Positions 35,593 through 45,600 of a stretch of DNA of 64,000 nucleotides are shown here, one piece after another (position 1 is the stretch's first letter; each line of letters opens with the position of its first letter). The stretch is from assembly GCA_903894475.1 (NCBI GenBank), contig CAITQH010000508.1, forward strand, positions 5,387-69,386. The letters run 5' to 3'. This DNA comes from an uncultured beta proteobacterium. Lineage in GTDB: Bacteria; Pseudomonadota; Gammaproteobacteria; Burkholderiales; Burkholderiaceae_C. The translations under genes and the position numbers were made by a program. Under the pieces are notes generated by a model. That model saw nothing but the letters and a program-made list of their open reading frames with translations, had not been told where the DNA came from and made no database searches.

Positions 35593-36024
35593 ATGAAACT
35601 CACCAGCTGGACTGACTACAGCTTGCGCGTGCTCATGTATTGCGCTGCCAGCCAGGGGCGAGCGCAGCCCGTGACCATTACCGAGATTGCCCAGGCGCAT
35701 CAGATTTCACGCAGCCACCTCACCAAGATCGTTGTCGAACTCTCCAAGCAGGGCTTGCTGGCCACCACACGCGGGCGCGGTGGCGGCCTGCGACTGCTCA
35801 AGCCGGCCAAAGACATTGCACTGGGAGACGTGGTGCGCCAGACCGAGACCGACTTCACGATGGTCGAGTGTTTTGACCCGGCCCACAGCGACTGCCGACT
35901 GATCGGCCATTGCCGCCTGAAGGGCGTGCTCAATCAGGCTCTGCAGAGCTACCTGAAGGTGCTGGACCAGGTCACGCTGGCCGATCTGGTGCCGAGCACC
36001 GAGTCGGGCTTTCCAATTTCGTAA
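35593..36024 (+). CDS. nsrR: Rrf2 family NO-responsive repressor
   Basis: 'TDYSLRVL', 'RGRGGG', three Cys in 'VECF...C...C'; adjacent to nnrS. Confidence 0.85.
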   Translation: MKLTSWTDYSLRVLMYCAASQGRAQPVTITEIAQAHQISRSHLTKIVVELSKQGLLATTRGRGGGLRLLKPAKDIALGDVVRQTETDFTMVECFDPAHSDCRLIGHCRLKGVLNQALQSYLKVLDQVTLADLVPSTESGFPIS

Positions 36025-36034
36025 ATCAAATTCC

Positions 36035-37234
36035 ATGACCCACATTCCGATACTCAAGATCCTCGAACCCACCGCCCCGGCGCCCCGGGGTGCCGCCTTT
36101 CTGCGCCTGGGTTTCCGTCCCTTCTACCTCGGTGCTGCCGTTCTGGCGGCGCTCGCCGTCCCGCTCTGGATGATGGTGTTCCTGGGGCAATGGGTCTGGG
36201 CGCCAGCCCTGTCGCCCTTGCTCTGGCACGCACACGAAATGCTGCTGGGCTTCGCGTCGGCGGTGATCATCGGTTTCCTGCTGACGGCGGTGAAGGCGTG
36301 GACCGGGCTGGCCACACCGCGCGGATGGCCTCTTGCTGCCCTCGCGCTGCTGTGGCTGAGCGCCAGAATCGCGGCGCTGACGGCGCCGTATCCTGTCTTC
36401 GCAGTGCTCGACACCTTGTTGCTTCCCATCGTCGCCATGGTGCTGGTCCGGCTGTTGCTGCGCGCCGGCAATACCCGAAATCTGCCGATTGCAGGACTGC
36501 TGCTCCTGCTGGCCGCAGCCAATGCGGTTTTCCACCTGTCGGTCCTGGGTCTGCTGGATCTGGAACCTACCCGCGCGCTGCATGCGGCTCTGGCGGTGAT
36601 TGTGATGGTCGAATGTGTGATGGCCGGGCGCGTGATTCCCGGCTTCAGCATGAGTGCCATCCCGGGCCTGCGAATCACAGCACTGCTCTGGCTGGAGCGC
36701 TCGGCCCTGGCGCTGACCGGTCTTGGCCTGCTGCTTTGGTTGCTTGACGCACCAGCCGGGATCGCTTCGTTGGCGCTGGGCCTGGCGGCGGCGGCGCATG
36801 TGTGGCGTCAATGGCGCTGGAAACCACTGCTGACACGGCAGCGCCCAATCCTGTGGATCCTTCATCTGTCCTACGCCTGGATACCGGTCGGACTGGGCTT
36901 GCTCGCTCTGGCGCAGATCAAGCTGCTCGCGCTCTCGGCGGGCCTGCACGCCCTGGCCGTGGGTACCACCGGAGGTCTGATCATCGGCATGATCACGCGA
37001 ACCGCCCGGGGGCACACTGGACGCACGCTGCAGGTGGGCCCAGCCGAAGTTCTGGCCTATGCGCTGGTGTCGGTGGCCGCGCTACTGCGGGTCTTGCTGC
37101 CACTGCTTCGGCCCGATCTGCTGCTGGTCTGGCTGATCGGTGCGGCAGTGGCCTGGAGTGTGGCGTTTGCCATCTACGTGTTTATCTATGCGCCCTGGCT
37201 GACGCAAACCCGGCTCGATGGGAAGGACGGATAG
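36035..37234 (+). CDS. nnrS: NnrS family heme-copper membrane protein
   Basis: 'GFRPFYL', 'WHAHEML', 'GRVIP', 'RTARGHTGR'. Confidence 0.92.
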   Translation: MTHIPILKILEPTAPAPRGAAFLRLGFRPFYLGAAVLAALAVPLWMMVFLGQWVWAPALSPLLWHAHEMLLGFASAVIIGFLLTAVKAWTGLATPRGWPLAALALLWLSARIAALTAPYPVFAVLDTLLLPIVAMVLVRLLLRAGNTRNLPIAGLLLLLAAANAVFHLSVLGLLDLEPTRALHAALAVIVMVECVMAGRVIPGFSMSAIPGLRITALLWLERSALALTGLGLLLWLLDAPAGIASLALGLAAAAHVWRQWRWKPLLTRQRPILWILHLSYAWIPVGLGLLALAQIKLLALSAGLHALAVGTTGGLIIGMITRTARGHTGRTLQVGPAEVLAYALVSVAALLRVLLPLLRPDLLLVWLIGAAVAWSVAFAIYVFIYAPWLTQTRLDGKDG

Positions 37235-37238
37235 AACG

Positions 37239-37622
37239 GTGGACTACCCCTTCTTGCGCCATCTTCACATGAGCTGTGCGGCCCTCAGCATTGCCTTGTT
37301 TGTCGTGCGCGGCAGCTGCCAGACGGCAGGATGGCCATGGCGCCGGTGGCGCTGGCTGCGCATCGCGCCACATCTGGTTGACACCGTACTGCTGGGTGCA
37401 GCCATCAGCCTGGCCTGGTGGAGCCAGCAGTACCCGTTTGCGCAAAACTGGTTAAGCGCTAAAGTGGTGGCCCTGCTCATGTACATTGGTCTGGGCAGCC
37501 TGGCCTTGCGAACAGGCGTCAGCCGCGCAGTGCAGTGCAGTGCGTTCCTGGGGGCGCTGCTCACGGTGGCCTATATCGTCGGCGTGGCATTGACGCGCTC
37601 GGCCAGTCTCGGGCTGATTTGA
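37239..37622 (+). CDS. SirB2 family membrane protein
   Basis: 'PHLVDTVLL', 'WLSAKV', 'YIGLG'. Confidence 0.8.
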   Translation: MDYPFLRHLHMSCAALSIALFVVRGSCQTAGWPWRRWRWLRIAPHLVDTVLLGAAISLAWWSQQYPFAQNWLSAKVVALLMYIGLGSLALRTGVSRAVQCSAFLGALLTVAYIVGVALTRSASLGLI

Positions 37623-37644
37623 ATGGAGCAAGCTTAGTCAAGAC

Positions 37645-39558
37645 ATGAGTTCACATCCGGCACGTTGGAGCCTTGGCTCCAAACTGGCACTGGTAGGCCT
37701 GCCCTTTCTTGTGCTTGCCCTGCTCTCCACCGCGGCTACCTTGTGGGTCTCCTGGCAACTCGACGGTGGCGCCGCCGCGGTGAACGAAGCGGGGCGCATG
37801 CGCATGCAGTCGTACCGGATGGCCCTCTCGATTGGCACCAGCGAGACCGCCGCCCTGCCAGACCAGGTAAAGGAGTTCAATGAGAGCCTGGCCACCTTGC
37901 GCAGCGGTGACCCCGAACGACCCCTGTTTGTGCCCTGGGACGACAGCGTGCATGCGCACTTTGACATTGTCGAGCAGGATTGGGTGCATTTTCGTGCTCG
38001 CTGGATCGACTCCAATCCGAGCGCTCTGCAGGACCTGCGTGCCCAAACCGTCACCTTCGCTTCGCACATCGATGCATTTGTGACGGCCATTGAGTCGCAT
38101 ATGGCGCGCTGGACCGCGCTGCTGCATTTGCTGCAGATGAGCCTGCTGGCGATGGCAATTCTGGGTGCGGCCCTGCTGATCTACACCGGTTATCTTTTTG
38201 TGCTGGAGCCGGTCAGCCAGCTGAAACTTGCCATTGAAAAAATTCAATTGGGCGACTTTGACGCTCGTGTTGAAAGCGGCACCAGTGACGAATTTGGCAC
38301 CCTGGCGGACGGCTTCAATGGAATGGCCGAACACCTGCAGTCGATGTACCGCAACCTGGAAAGTCGGGTTCAGGAGAAAACCGCACAACTTGAAGAAAAG
38401 CATGAACGTCTGGAGAGCCTGTACGAAGTCACGGCCCTGGTTGCCAAAGCAACTTCGCTCGATGAACTGGCGCAGGGTTTTGTCAAGAGCATTGCCCGGA
38501 TCGCCCATGCCGATGGCGTTGCATTGCGCTGGTCGGACCAGGCCAATCAGCGCTACCTGATGCTGGCCGCGCAGGGTTTGCCGACTTCCATGGTCGATGC
38601 AGAGCTCTGCCTGGATCAGGGCGAGTGCCATTGCGGCGGGGCCTCGGTCACCGCCGGCCTGCGCGTCATTCCGATCCAGTCACTTGGCGAAAGTTCCTTG
38701 CAGCACTGCTCGCGCGCCGGCTTCGAGACCGTCGTCAACATTCCGGTTCATCTGCACGAGCGCCTGATGGGCGAAGTCGATCTGTTCTTCCATGCTCGTG
38801 CCAACCCTTCCAGCGCCGAACGCTCCTTGCTGGAAGTGCTTAGCAGTCATCTGGCTGGCGCCATGGAAAACATGCGACTCAACTCTTTGGAGAAGGAAGC
38901 CGCGGTGTCGCAGGAGCGCCATTTGCTGGCGCGCGAACTGCACGATTCAATCGCCCAGTCGCTGGCATTTCTGAAGATTCAGGTGCAATTGATGCGCGAC
39001 GCAGTGCAATCGGGCAAGGCCGAACAGATCGGGCAGGTGCTGGAAGAAATCGACGTCGGCGTGCGCGAAAGCTATGGCGACGTGCGCGAGTTGTTGCTGC
39101 ATTTTCGAACCCGCACCAACACCGAAGACATAGAGCCGGCACTGCAGACCACACTGCGCAAGTTTGAACACCAGAGCGCCATCAAGGCTTCCCTGTCGAT
39201 GCAGGGGCAGGGCATGCCTCTGTCGCCCGATCTGCAGATTCAAGTGCTGCACATTGTTCAGGAAGCCCTGTCGAATGTTCGCAAGCATGCGCGCGCCTCG
39301 CAGGTCTGGCTTGATGTGCAGCAGCAACCGGCCTGGCGCTTCGAAGTACGGGATGATGGCATCGGCTTTGCGCCAGGCACCGATCAACTTGACGAGACCC
39401 ACGTTGGTTTGCGAATCATGAGCGAGCGAGCGCAGCGCATCGGTGCCGAGCTTGATGTCATCTCCACGCCGGGGCATGGCAGCTCCATCATCCTGACCTT
39501 GCCTGTGCGTGCCCACCCGATGCCGGAGCAAGAGACGCAAAGCCATGAAACCTATTGA
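37645..39558 (+). CDS. narX: Nitrate/nitrite sensor histidine kinase
   Basis: P-box 'VNEAGRMRMQSYR', HAMP, HisKA_3 'ARELHDSIAQSL', 'EALSNVRKHA'. Confidence 0.92.
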   Translation: MSSHPARWSLGSKLALVGLPFLVLALLSTAATLWVSWQLDGGAAAVNEAGRMRMQSYRMALSIGTSETAALPDQVKEFNESLATLRSGDPERPLFVPWDDSVHAHFDIVEQDWVHFRARWIDSNPSALQDLRAQTVTFASHIDAFVTAIESHMARWTALLHLLQMSLLAMAILGAALLIYTGYLFVLEPVSQLKLAIEKIQLGDFDARVESGTSDEFGTLADGFNGMAEHLQSMYRNLESRVQEKTAQLEEKHERLESLYEVTALVAKATSLDELAQGFVKSIARIAHADGVALRWSDQANQRYLMLAAQGLPTSMVDAELCLDQGECHCGGASVTAGLRVIPIQSLGESSLQHCSRAGFETVVNIPVHLHERLMGEVDLFFHARANPSSAERSLLEVLSSHLAGAMENMRLNSLEKEAAVSQERHLLARELHDSIAQSLAFLKIQVQLMRDAVQSGKAEQIGQVLEEIDVGVRESYGDVRELLLHFRTRTNTEDIEPALQTTLRKFEHQSAIKASLSMQGQGMPLSPDLQIQVLHIVQEALSNVRKHARASQVWLDVQQQPAWRFEVRDDGIGFAPGTDQLDETHVGLRIMSERAQRIGAELDVISTPGHGSSIILTLPVRAHPMPEQETQSHETY

Positions 39559-40234
39559 AGCCCGTCCGATTCGCATTCTGGTCGTGGACGACCACACGCT
39601 GTTCAGGCGCGGACTGACCGCGCTCCTGATGCGTGATCCGCGCCTGAGCGTCGTAGGCGACGCCGCAGACGCCGGTCAGGCCCAGCGCAAGGCGCAGGAA
39701 TTGCAGCCCGACCTGATTCTGCTCGACAACCACCTCCCCGGTGTCAACGGTGTGGACGCCCTGCCTGCCTTGCTGGAAGCGGCGCCGGCGGCACGCATCC
39801 TGATGTTGACCGTCAGCGAAGACGAAAGCGACCTGGTCGCTGCACTGCGTGGCGGTGCCGCCGGCTACCTGCTCAAGACCATCGAAGGCGATGCGCTGAC
39901 GCAGGCGATTCTGCGTGCCATGCAGGGTGACAGTGTGGTGGCGCCAGAGATGACGAGCAAACTGGTTTCGGCCTACCGTGGTGCGGCCCGGGCCGACCCT
40001 GTCGCAGTGGTCGGCATCGCTGCTGCGGCGCACGCCCCGATCGCCAGTCTGTCACCGCGTGAACTCGACATCCTGCGCGGTATCGCTCGAGGTGCCAGCA
40101 ACAAGGAAATCGCGCGCGAGCACGGCATCGCCGAGACCACCGTCAAGATTCATGTGCAGCATGTGCTGCGCAAACTCGACGTCAGCTCGCGCGTCCATGC
40201 AGCCGTCATGGCCGCGGAGAATGGTCTGCTTTGA
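39545..40234 (+). CDS. narL: NarL response regulator
   Basis: REC domain plus LuxR HTH 'LSPRELDIL...SNKEIA...TVKIHV'. Confidence 0.9.
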   Translation: MKPIEARPIRILVVDDHTLFRRGLTALLMRDPRLSVVGDAADAGQAQRKAQELQPDLILLDNHLPGVNGVDALPALLEAAPAARILMLTVSEDESDLVAALRGGAAGYLLKTIEGDALTQAILRAMQGDSVVAPEMTSKLVSAYRGAARADPVAVVGIAAAAHAPIASLSPRELDILRGIARGASNKEIAREHGIAETTVKIHVQHVLRKLDVSSRVHAAVMAAENGLL

Positions 40235-40324
40235 AGCATGGCAGGGTCTGCAGCGTGCGAGGCACTTGATGATCAGGGCCTTCTTGCAGATACCCAAGCC
40301 ACGGTGATCTGGGTATGATGTCTC

Positions 40325-41422
40325 ATGGCCACTGCATGCAACGCCACCATCCTCATCGTTGACGATTCATCCGACAACCTTAGCGTGTTGCACGGCGTAC
40401 TGAGTCCCGAGTTTCGGGTCCAGGCAGCGATCAATGGGGCGACCGCCTTGCGCATCGCCCAGACGCAACCCAGACCTGATCTGATTCTGCTAGACGTGAT
40501 GATGCCGGAGATGGACGGTTACGCCGTGCTGGCCCAACTGCGCAGCGACCCGCAAACCCGCGCCATTCCGGTGATTTTTCTGACCGCACTCGATGGCGTG
40601 CAAGACGAAGAGCGCGGCTTGCAATTGGGCGCGGCCGACTACATCTCCAAGCCGATCACACCCATGCTTGTGCTGGCACGCGTAAAGACTCAACTGGAAG
40701 CCAAAAAAGCACGGGATTGGTTGTCCGACCAGAACACGGCGCTGGAGGCAGAGGTGGGTCGACGAATGACGGAGAATGACCTCACCCAGCGGGTCAGCAT
40801 CCGGGCCCTGGCGCATCTGGCTGAGACCCGCGACCCCGAAACGGGTCGTCACATATTGCGCACCCAGGGCTATGTGCAGCACCTGGCGCTCGGGCTACGC
40901 CAGAACGCTCGTTTTGCAAGCACACTGAGCGACCGTTACATTGACCTTTTGAGCCGCTCCGCGCCATTGCACGACATTGGGAAAGTCGGCATTCCGGATC
41001 ATATTCTGCTTAAACCCGGCAAACTCACGGCCGCTGAAATGACCATCATGCGGACCCACGCCAAACTGGGCAGTGACGCCATCGAACAGGCGGAGCGCGA
41101 CATAGAAATTCATCTTGAGTTTTTGTCCCTGGCCAAGGAAATTGCGCACTGGCATCATGAACGCTGGGATGGCAGTGGCTATCCGGACGGCATGGCTGGA
41201 GACGCCATTCCCGTTTCCGCCCGACTGATGGCCGTGGCCGACGTATTCGACGCACTGATCTCCAAGCGCATCTACAAGCCCGCGATGTCGCATGCGCAGG
41301 CGCGTGACATCATTGCTGCGGGGCGCAGCAAACACTTTGACCCTGACATGACCGATGTTTTTCTCGCCGGTTTCGACGAGTTTTCCGCCATCGCAGAACG
41401 CTACCGAGAGCCTGGCCAATGA
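40325..41422 (+). CDS. REC-HD-GYP c-di-GMP phosphodiesterase (RpfG-like)
   Basis: REC 'DLILLDVMMP'; 'LHDIGK'; 'HHERWDGSGYP'. Confidence 0.92.
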   Translation: MATACNATILIVDDSSDNLSVLHGVLSPEFRVQAAINGATALRIAQTQPRPDLILLDVMMPEMDGYAVLAQLRSDPQTRAIPVIFLTALDGVQDEERGLQLGAADYISKPITPMLVLARVKTQLEAKKARDWLSDQNTALEAEVGRRMTENDLTQRVSIRALAHLAETRDPETGRHILRTQGYVQHLALGLRQNARFASTLSDRYIDLLSRSAPLHDIGKVGIPDHILLKPGKLTAAEMTIMRTHAKLGSDAIEQAERDIEIHLEFLSLAKEIAHWHHERWDGSGYPDGMAGDAIPVSARLMAVADVFDALISKRIYKPAMSHAQARDIIAAGRSKHFDPDMTDVFLAGFDEFSAIAERYREPGQ

Positions 41423-41508
41423 CACATCAGCCCGGGCCGATTGTGCTGGCGATGAGTGCCGTGCAGGCACCGGCCGAACGATAAGTGAGTGATAAGTCGA
41501 GGAGCATC

Positions 41509-42636
41509 ATGCCCAGCAGCCCTGACCCCCATGACAGGCAAAGCAGCCGCGCTCAGGCGGAGGCGACCTTAACTCAGAGCCCCTCAAATTCACCAGCACA
41601 GGGTTCCGAGACACCAGAGACCCGACGCCTGTTGCATGAGTTGCATGTGCACCAGGTCGAACTGGAACTGCAGAACGAAGAGTTGCGCCGTGCCAACAAT
41701 GCCCTGGACGCTTCACGCGCACGCTACGTCGACCTGTACGACCTGGCACCCGTGGGCTACTGCAGCGTGAATGAGGCAGGCCTCATCGTGCAGGCCAACC
41801 TGACGCTGGCGAACATGCTGGGCGAGGCGCACAGCAGGTTCGCCGGCAAGCTCCCGTTCACCAACGTTGTCTTTCAACCCGACAGGGACAACTGGTACTT
41901 GCTGCGCAAGCTGCTGCTGGAGAGTGGCACGCCACAGACCTGCGAGCTGCGATTGCGTCAGGTCAATACAGGGGTCCAGGGTGGTGATAGTGCAACGGTG
42001 TGGGTTGAACTGTCCGTCACGCTGGCGCAGGACGAAACCGGGCAGCGCTTGTTGCACATCGCCGTGAACGACATCAACGAACGCAAGACGACCGAACTTG
42101 CGCTGCGCCAAAGCGGCGAGTTAATTTCGCTTTTTTTGAAATACACACCGGTTCACACCTTTATCAAAGAGGTGACCAGCACCGAATCCCGGGTGCTGGG
42201 CGCCAGTGACAGTTTTCAGCAGATGATCGGCTTGGAAGGGAAGGATATGGTGGGCAAGACCATGGCGCAATTGTTTCCGCCCGAGTTTGCCGCGAAGATG
42301 AGCGCTGACGACTGGACTGTGGTGAGCCGGGGTAAGCCGGTAACGCTGGAAGAGGATTTGAATGGTCGAAGCTACACCACGATCAAGTTTCCGATTGCCT
42401 CGGCAGGCAGGAACCTGCTGGCGGGTTTCTCAATGGACATCACCGAGCGCAAGAATGAGCAGGACGCACTGCGCAAACAAAACGCCGAACTGACGCTCTT
42501 CAACACTGCCGCAGTCGACCGCGAGTTGGTGATGATTGGCCTCAAGCAGGAGGTCAATGCACTGTCGCGCCAACTCGGGCTGGTAGCGCCGTATGAGGTG
42601 GACTTCGCCGACACCCAGTCGAAGGTTCCCCCATGA
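41509..42636 (+). CDS. Cytoplasmic two-PAS protein with no output domain
   Basis: Coiled coil '[18 protein letters not shown]', two PAS ending in DINER/DITER, no HisKA or GGDEF. Confidence 0.8.
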   Translation: MPSSPDPHDRQSSRAQAEATLTQSPSNSPAQGSETPETRRLLHELHVHQVELELQNEELRRANNALDASRARYVDLYDLAPVGYCSVNEAGLIVQANLTLANMLGEAHSRFAGKLPFTNVVFQPDRDNWYLLRKLLLESGTPQTCELRLRQVNTGVQGGDSATVWVELSVTLAQDETGQRLLHIAVNDINERKTTELALRQSGELISLFLKYTPVHTFIKEVTSTESRVLGASDSFQQMIGLEGKDMVGKTMAQLFPPEFAAKMSADDWTVVSRGKPVTLEEDLNGRSYTTIKFPIASAGRNLLAGFSMDITERKNEQDALRKQNAELTLFNTAAVDRELVMIGLKQEVNALSRQLGLVAPYEVDFADTQSKVPP

Positions 42637-45600
42637 ATCCCGTGGCGTGCGAGCGCGACAGTCACGCATCAATGTCATCGACCATTTTCGTGTCGGCGGT
42701 GTGCGCCGCCGCAGTGCTTGCGGGCGGCGTGGTACTGATTGGCTGGGCGTTCGATATTCCCGCGCTCAAGAGCATCCTGCCGGTCTGGGTCTCGATGAAG
42801 CCGAACGCGGCTGCCTCCTTCATCCTGATCGGAGTCGCACTGCAGCTTCCCGAAATGTCGGCGGCGCGGTTCAAGCATGCAGATGCGGCCCACCGTCTGC
42901 ACCTTGCCCGCGGTTTGCGATGGTTGACCGGCCTGATCGGTCTGCTGACGCTGGGTGAATACTTCTTTGCCTGGAATCCGGGCTTCGACCAATGGCTATT
43001 CCCGGAGCCGGTGGGCACTGTCGCCACGTCCAACCCGGGCCGGATGGCGCCGGAGACCGCGCTGTGCTTTCTGCTGCTGGCGGTCGGCGCATCTTTCGCC
43101 CGCCTGCGGCGCAGAACGACGGCAACGCTGTTGATTTCGTCAGTATTGGGCGCACTAACATTGATCCTGGCGTGCGCAGCGCTTTTGACCTACTTCACGC
43201 CCATACTCGGGGCTTTCGGCTGGTGGGGCAAGACCGTCATGGCGGTCCACACCGCGCTCCTGTTTACTGCCTTGGGTGCTGCCACCACTTTCACAGCGTG
43301 GCGGCAAGTGCCCCAAGGCTGGGTGCTCAGTGGACGCAATACGGCCACGTATGGTGCCGGTTTGGGCTTGCTGGTGATAGTGGGCCTCACGACGATGCGC
43401 GTGCAGAACCATCTGACGCACCTCAACGACCAAGTGACGCAACAAGAACTGGTTCGATGGCAAGTGGATGCCCTTGACCACGATGTGATCGATGCCCTGA
43501 GTCGCCAGCGAGCCTACGTTCTGACTGGCGATGACGCGATGCGGATACTCCAGAACGAGTCGCAACGCTCTGCTCAGGCACGCTTGCAGGTGTTGCGCCA
43601 AATGAAACTCGCCGACCCACGGCAACAGGCCCGCTTGGCAGGCGTCGAGGTGACGGCAGCGCAGGCTCTGCAGTGGTTTGATGGCGTTATGAGGGCGCGA
43701 CAAGCACAACCCGACCTTGACCCCGAACTGACTATCCACGGGACGCAACTGATCGCCGTCTTCCGTGGGGAAATCGACCAGCTAGAGCTTGATTTGGAGA
43801 AAACTGTCCGAGAGTCGCGTCTGCAATACCAAAGCGTGTCTGACTTCGCTTACGCAGTTATTTCGGGTGGCATGGTGCTGAGCCTGATCGTTCTCGCGGT
43901 GTCCCTGCTGGCATCGAACCGGTTCGCCTTGGCCCGGGCCAGCGCTGAAAGCAAGTTGCGTGATGAAGAGGCTCGAGCTCGGCAGGTATCAGAATTTGCC
44001 GTGGACGCCATTGTCACAAGCGACCGCGAGGGCCGTATCGTGGGCTGGAACCGCAGCGCCGAGCGCATGTTTGGCTACGCGGCGGCCGAAGTCATGCTGC
44101 GGCCGTTGACGCTGCTGATGCCGCAAAGGTACCACGCGCAGCATGCTGCCGGTCTGAGCAGGTTTGCCGTCGATGCTGAAAAAACAATCATCGGCAAATC
44201 AGTTGAATTGACCGGGCGGCGACGCGATGGCATTGAGTTTCCGCTGGAACTCACGCTGACGAACTGGGAGTCTGGCGGGCTCGTTTTCTTCAGTGCCTTC
44301 ATGCGCGACCTCTCCGAGCGCAAGCTGGCGCTAGCTCAGGAACAGGAGAGCGCGGCACGGCTGGCCCAGCACCAGGCCGCCACTGTCGAGATGCAGCACA
44401 AGGCCGGGCTGGCGACGCTGAATCTGATGGCAGACGCCATCGCCGCTCGCGGCAAGGCCGAGGCTGCGGCCATGGCGCTGCGCGAGAACGAGTTGAAATA
44501 CCGCGTCCTGTTCGAGACCACGACGGATGCCCACCTGTTGTTCGTGGATGGCAGCTGGATTGATTGCAACGCAGCAGCGCTGTGTGTATTTGGCTGCACT
44601 CGCGAGCAAATTCTTGGCTCAAACCCGGTCATGGTTTCACCGCCGATGCAGCCCGATGGGCGTTCTTCCGAGGAAGAGGCGATCAAGAGAATTGATCTGG
44701 CCTTCGCAGGCGAGCCCCAAACCTTCGAATGGACACACTGCCGGGTCGACGGAACACCTTTCCCCGCCGAGGTCTCGCTCAACCGGCTTGATTTGAAGGG
44801 TAAACCGCACATACAGGCCATCGTGCGCGATGTCTCCGCACGTAAACGGAACGAACAAGCGATTGAACGGCTCAATCGGCTATACGCCACGTTAAGCCAA
44901 TGCAACCAGGCGATCGTGCGCTGCGTTAGCGAAGAAACTCTGTTTGCGCAAATCTGCCGCGACCTGGTGGAATATGGTGGCTTGAGAATGGCGTGGATCG
45001 GACTCGTCGATGACACCGGCCGGCAGATCAGGCCGCTTGCATCCTTCGGCGAAGGCAAGGAATACTGGGGTGACAGTCACTATTCACTGGATCCATCCGC
45101 CGGCGAGCCCACGGCATCGTCGATCCGGGAAAACCGGCCGATCTGGTGTCAGGATTTTCAGAATGACCCGCGCACTGCACCCTGGCACGAACGCGGCGCG
45201 CGCAGCGCATGGGCCGCCTCGGCATCGTTGCCCTTGCGCCGCGGCGGTGTGGTCGTCGGAGCATTGAGTCTGTATGCCGCCGAATTGAATGCTTTTGATC
45301 CCCAGGTGTGCAAGCTGGTGGTTGATATGGCGGCAGACATCAGCTTTGCCATGGATAACTATGCCGTTGCGAGCGCGCACCAGAAGGCGGTGGCGGCACT
45401 CGCCACGAGCGAGTCGCGCAACCGGGCGATCATGCAGACAGCCGTTGATGCGATCGTGACCAGCGACAGCGCGGGAAATATCGCCGGCTGGAACCGGGGC
45501 GCGCAGCTCATGTTCGGGTATGCAGAAGCAGAGGTCACCGGGCAGCCGCTGACGCTGCTGATACCGCAGCGTTATCGCGCAGGGCATCGGTCCGGAATGG

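Noticed and set aside
40290-40316. ATACCCA...TGGGTAT inverted pair upstream of the HD-GYP gene as a NarL site
   Set aside because: Spacing does not fit 7-2-7; too weak to call.
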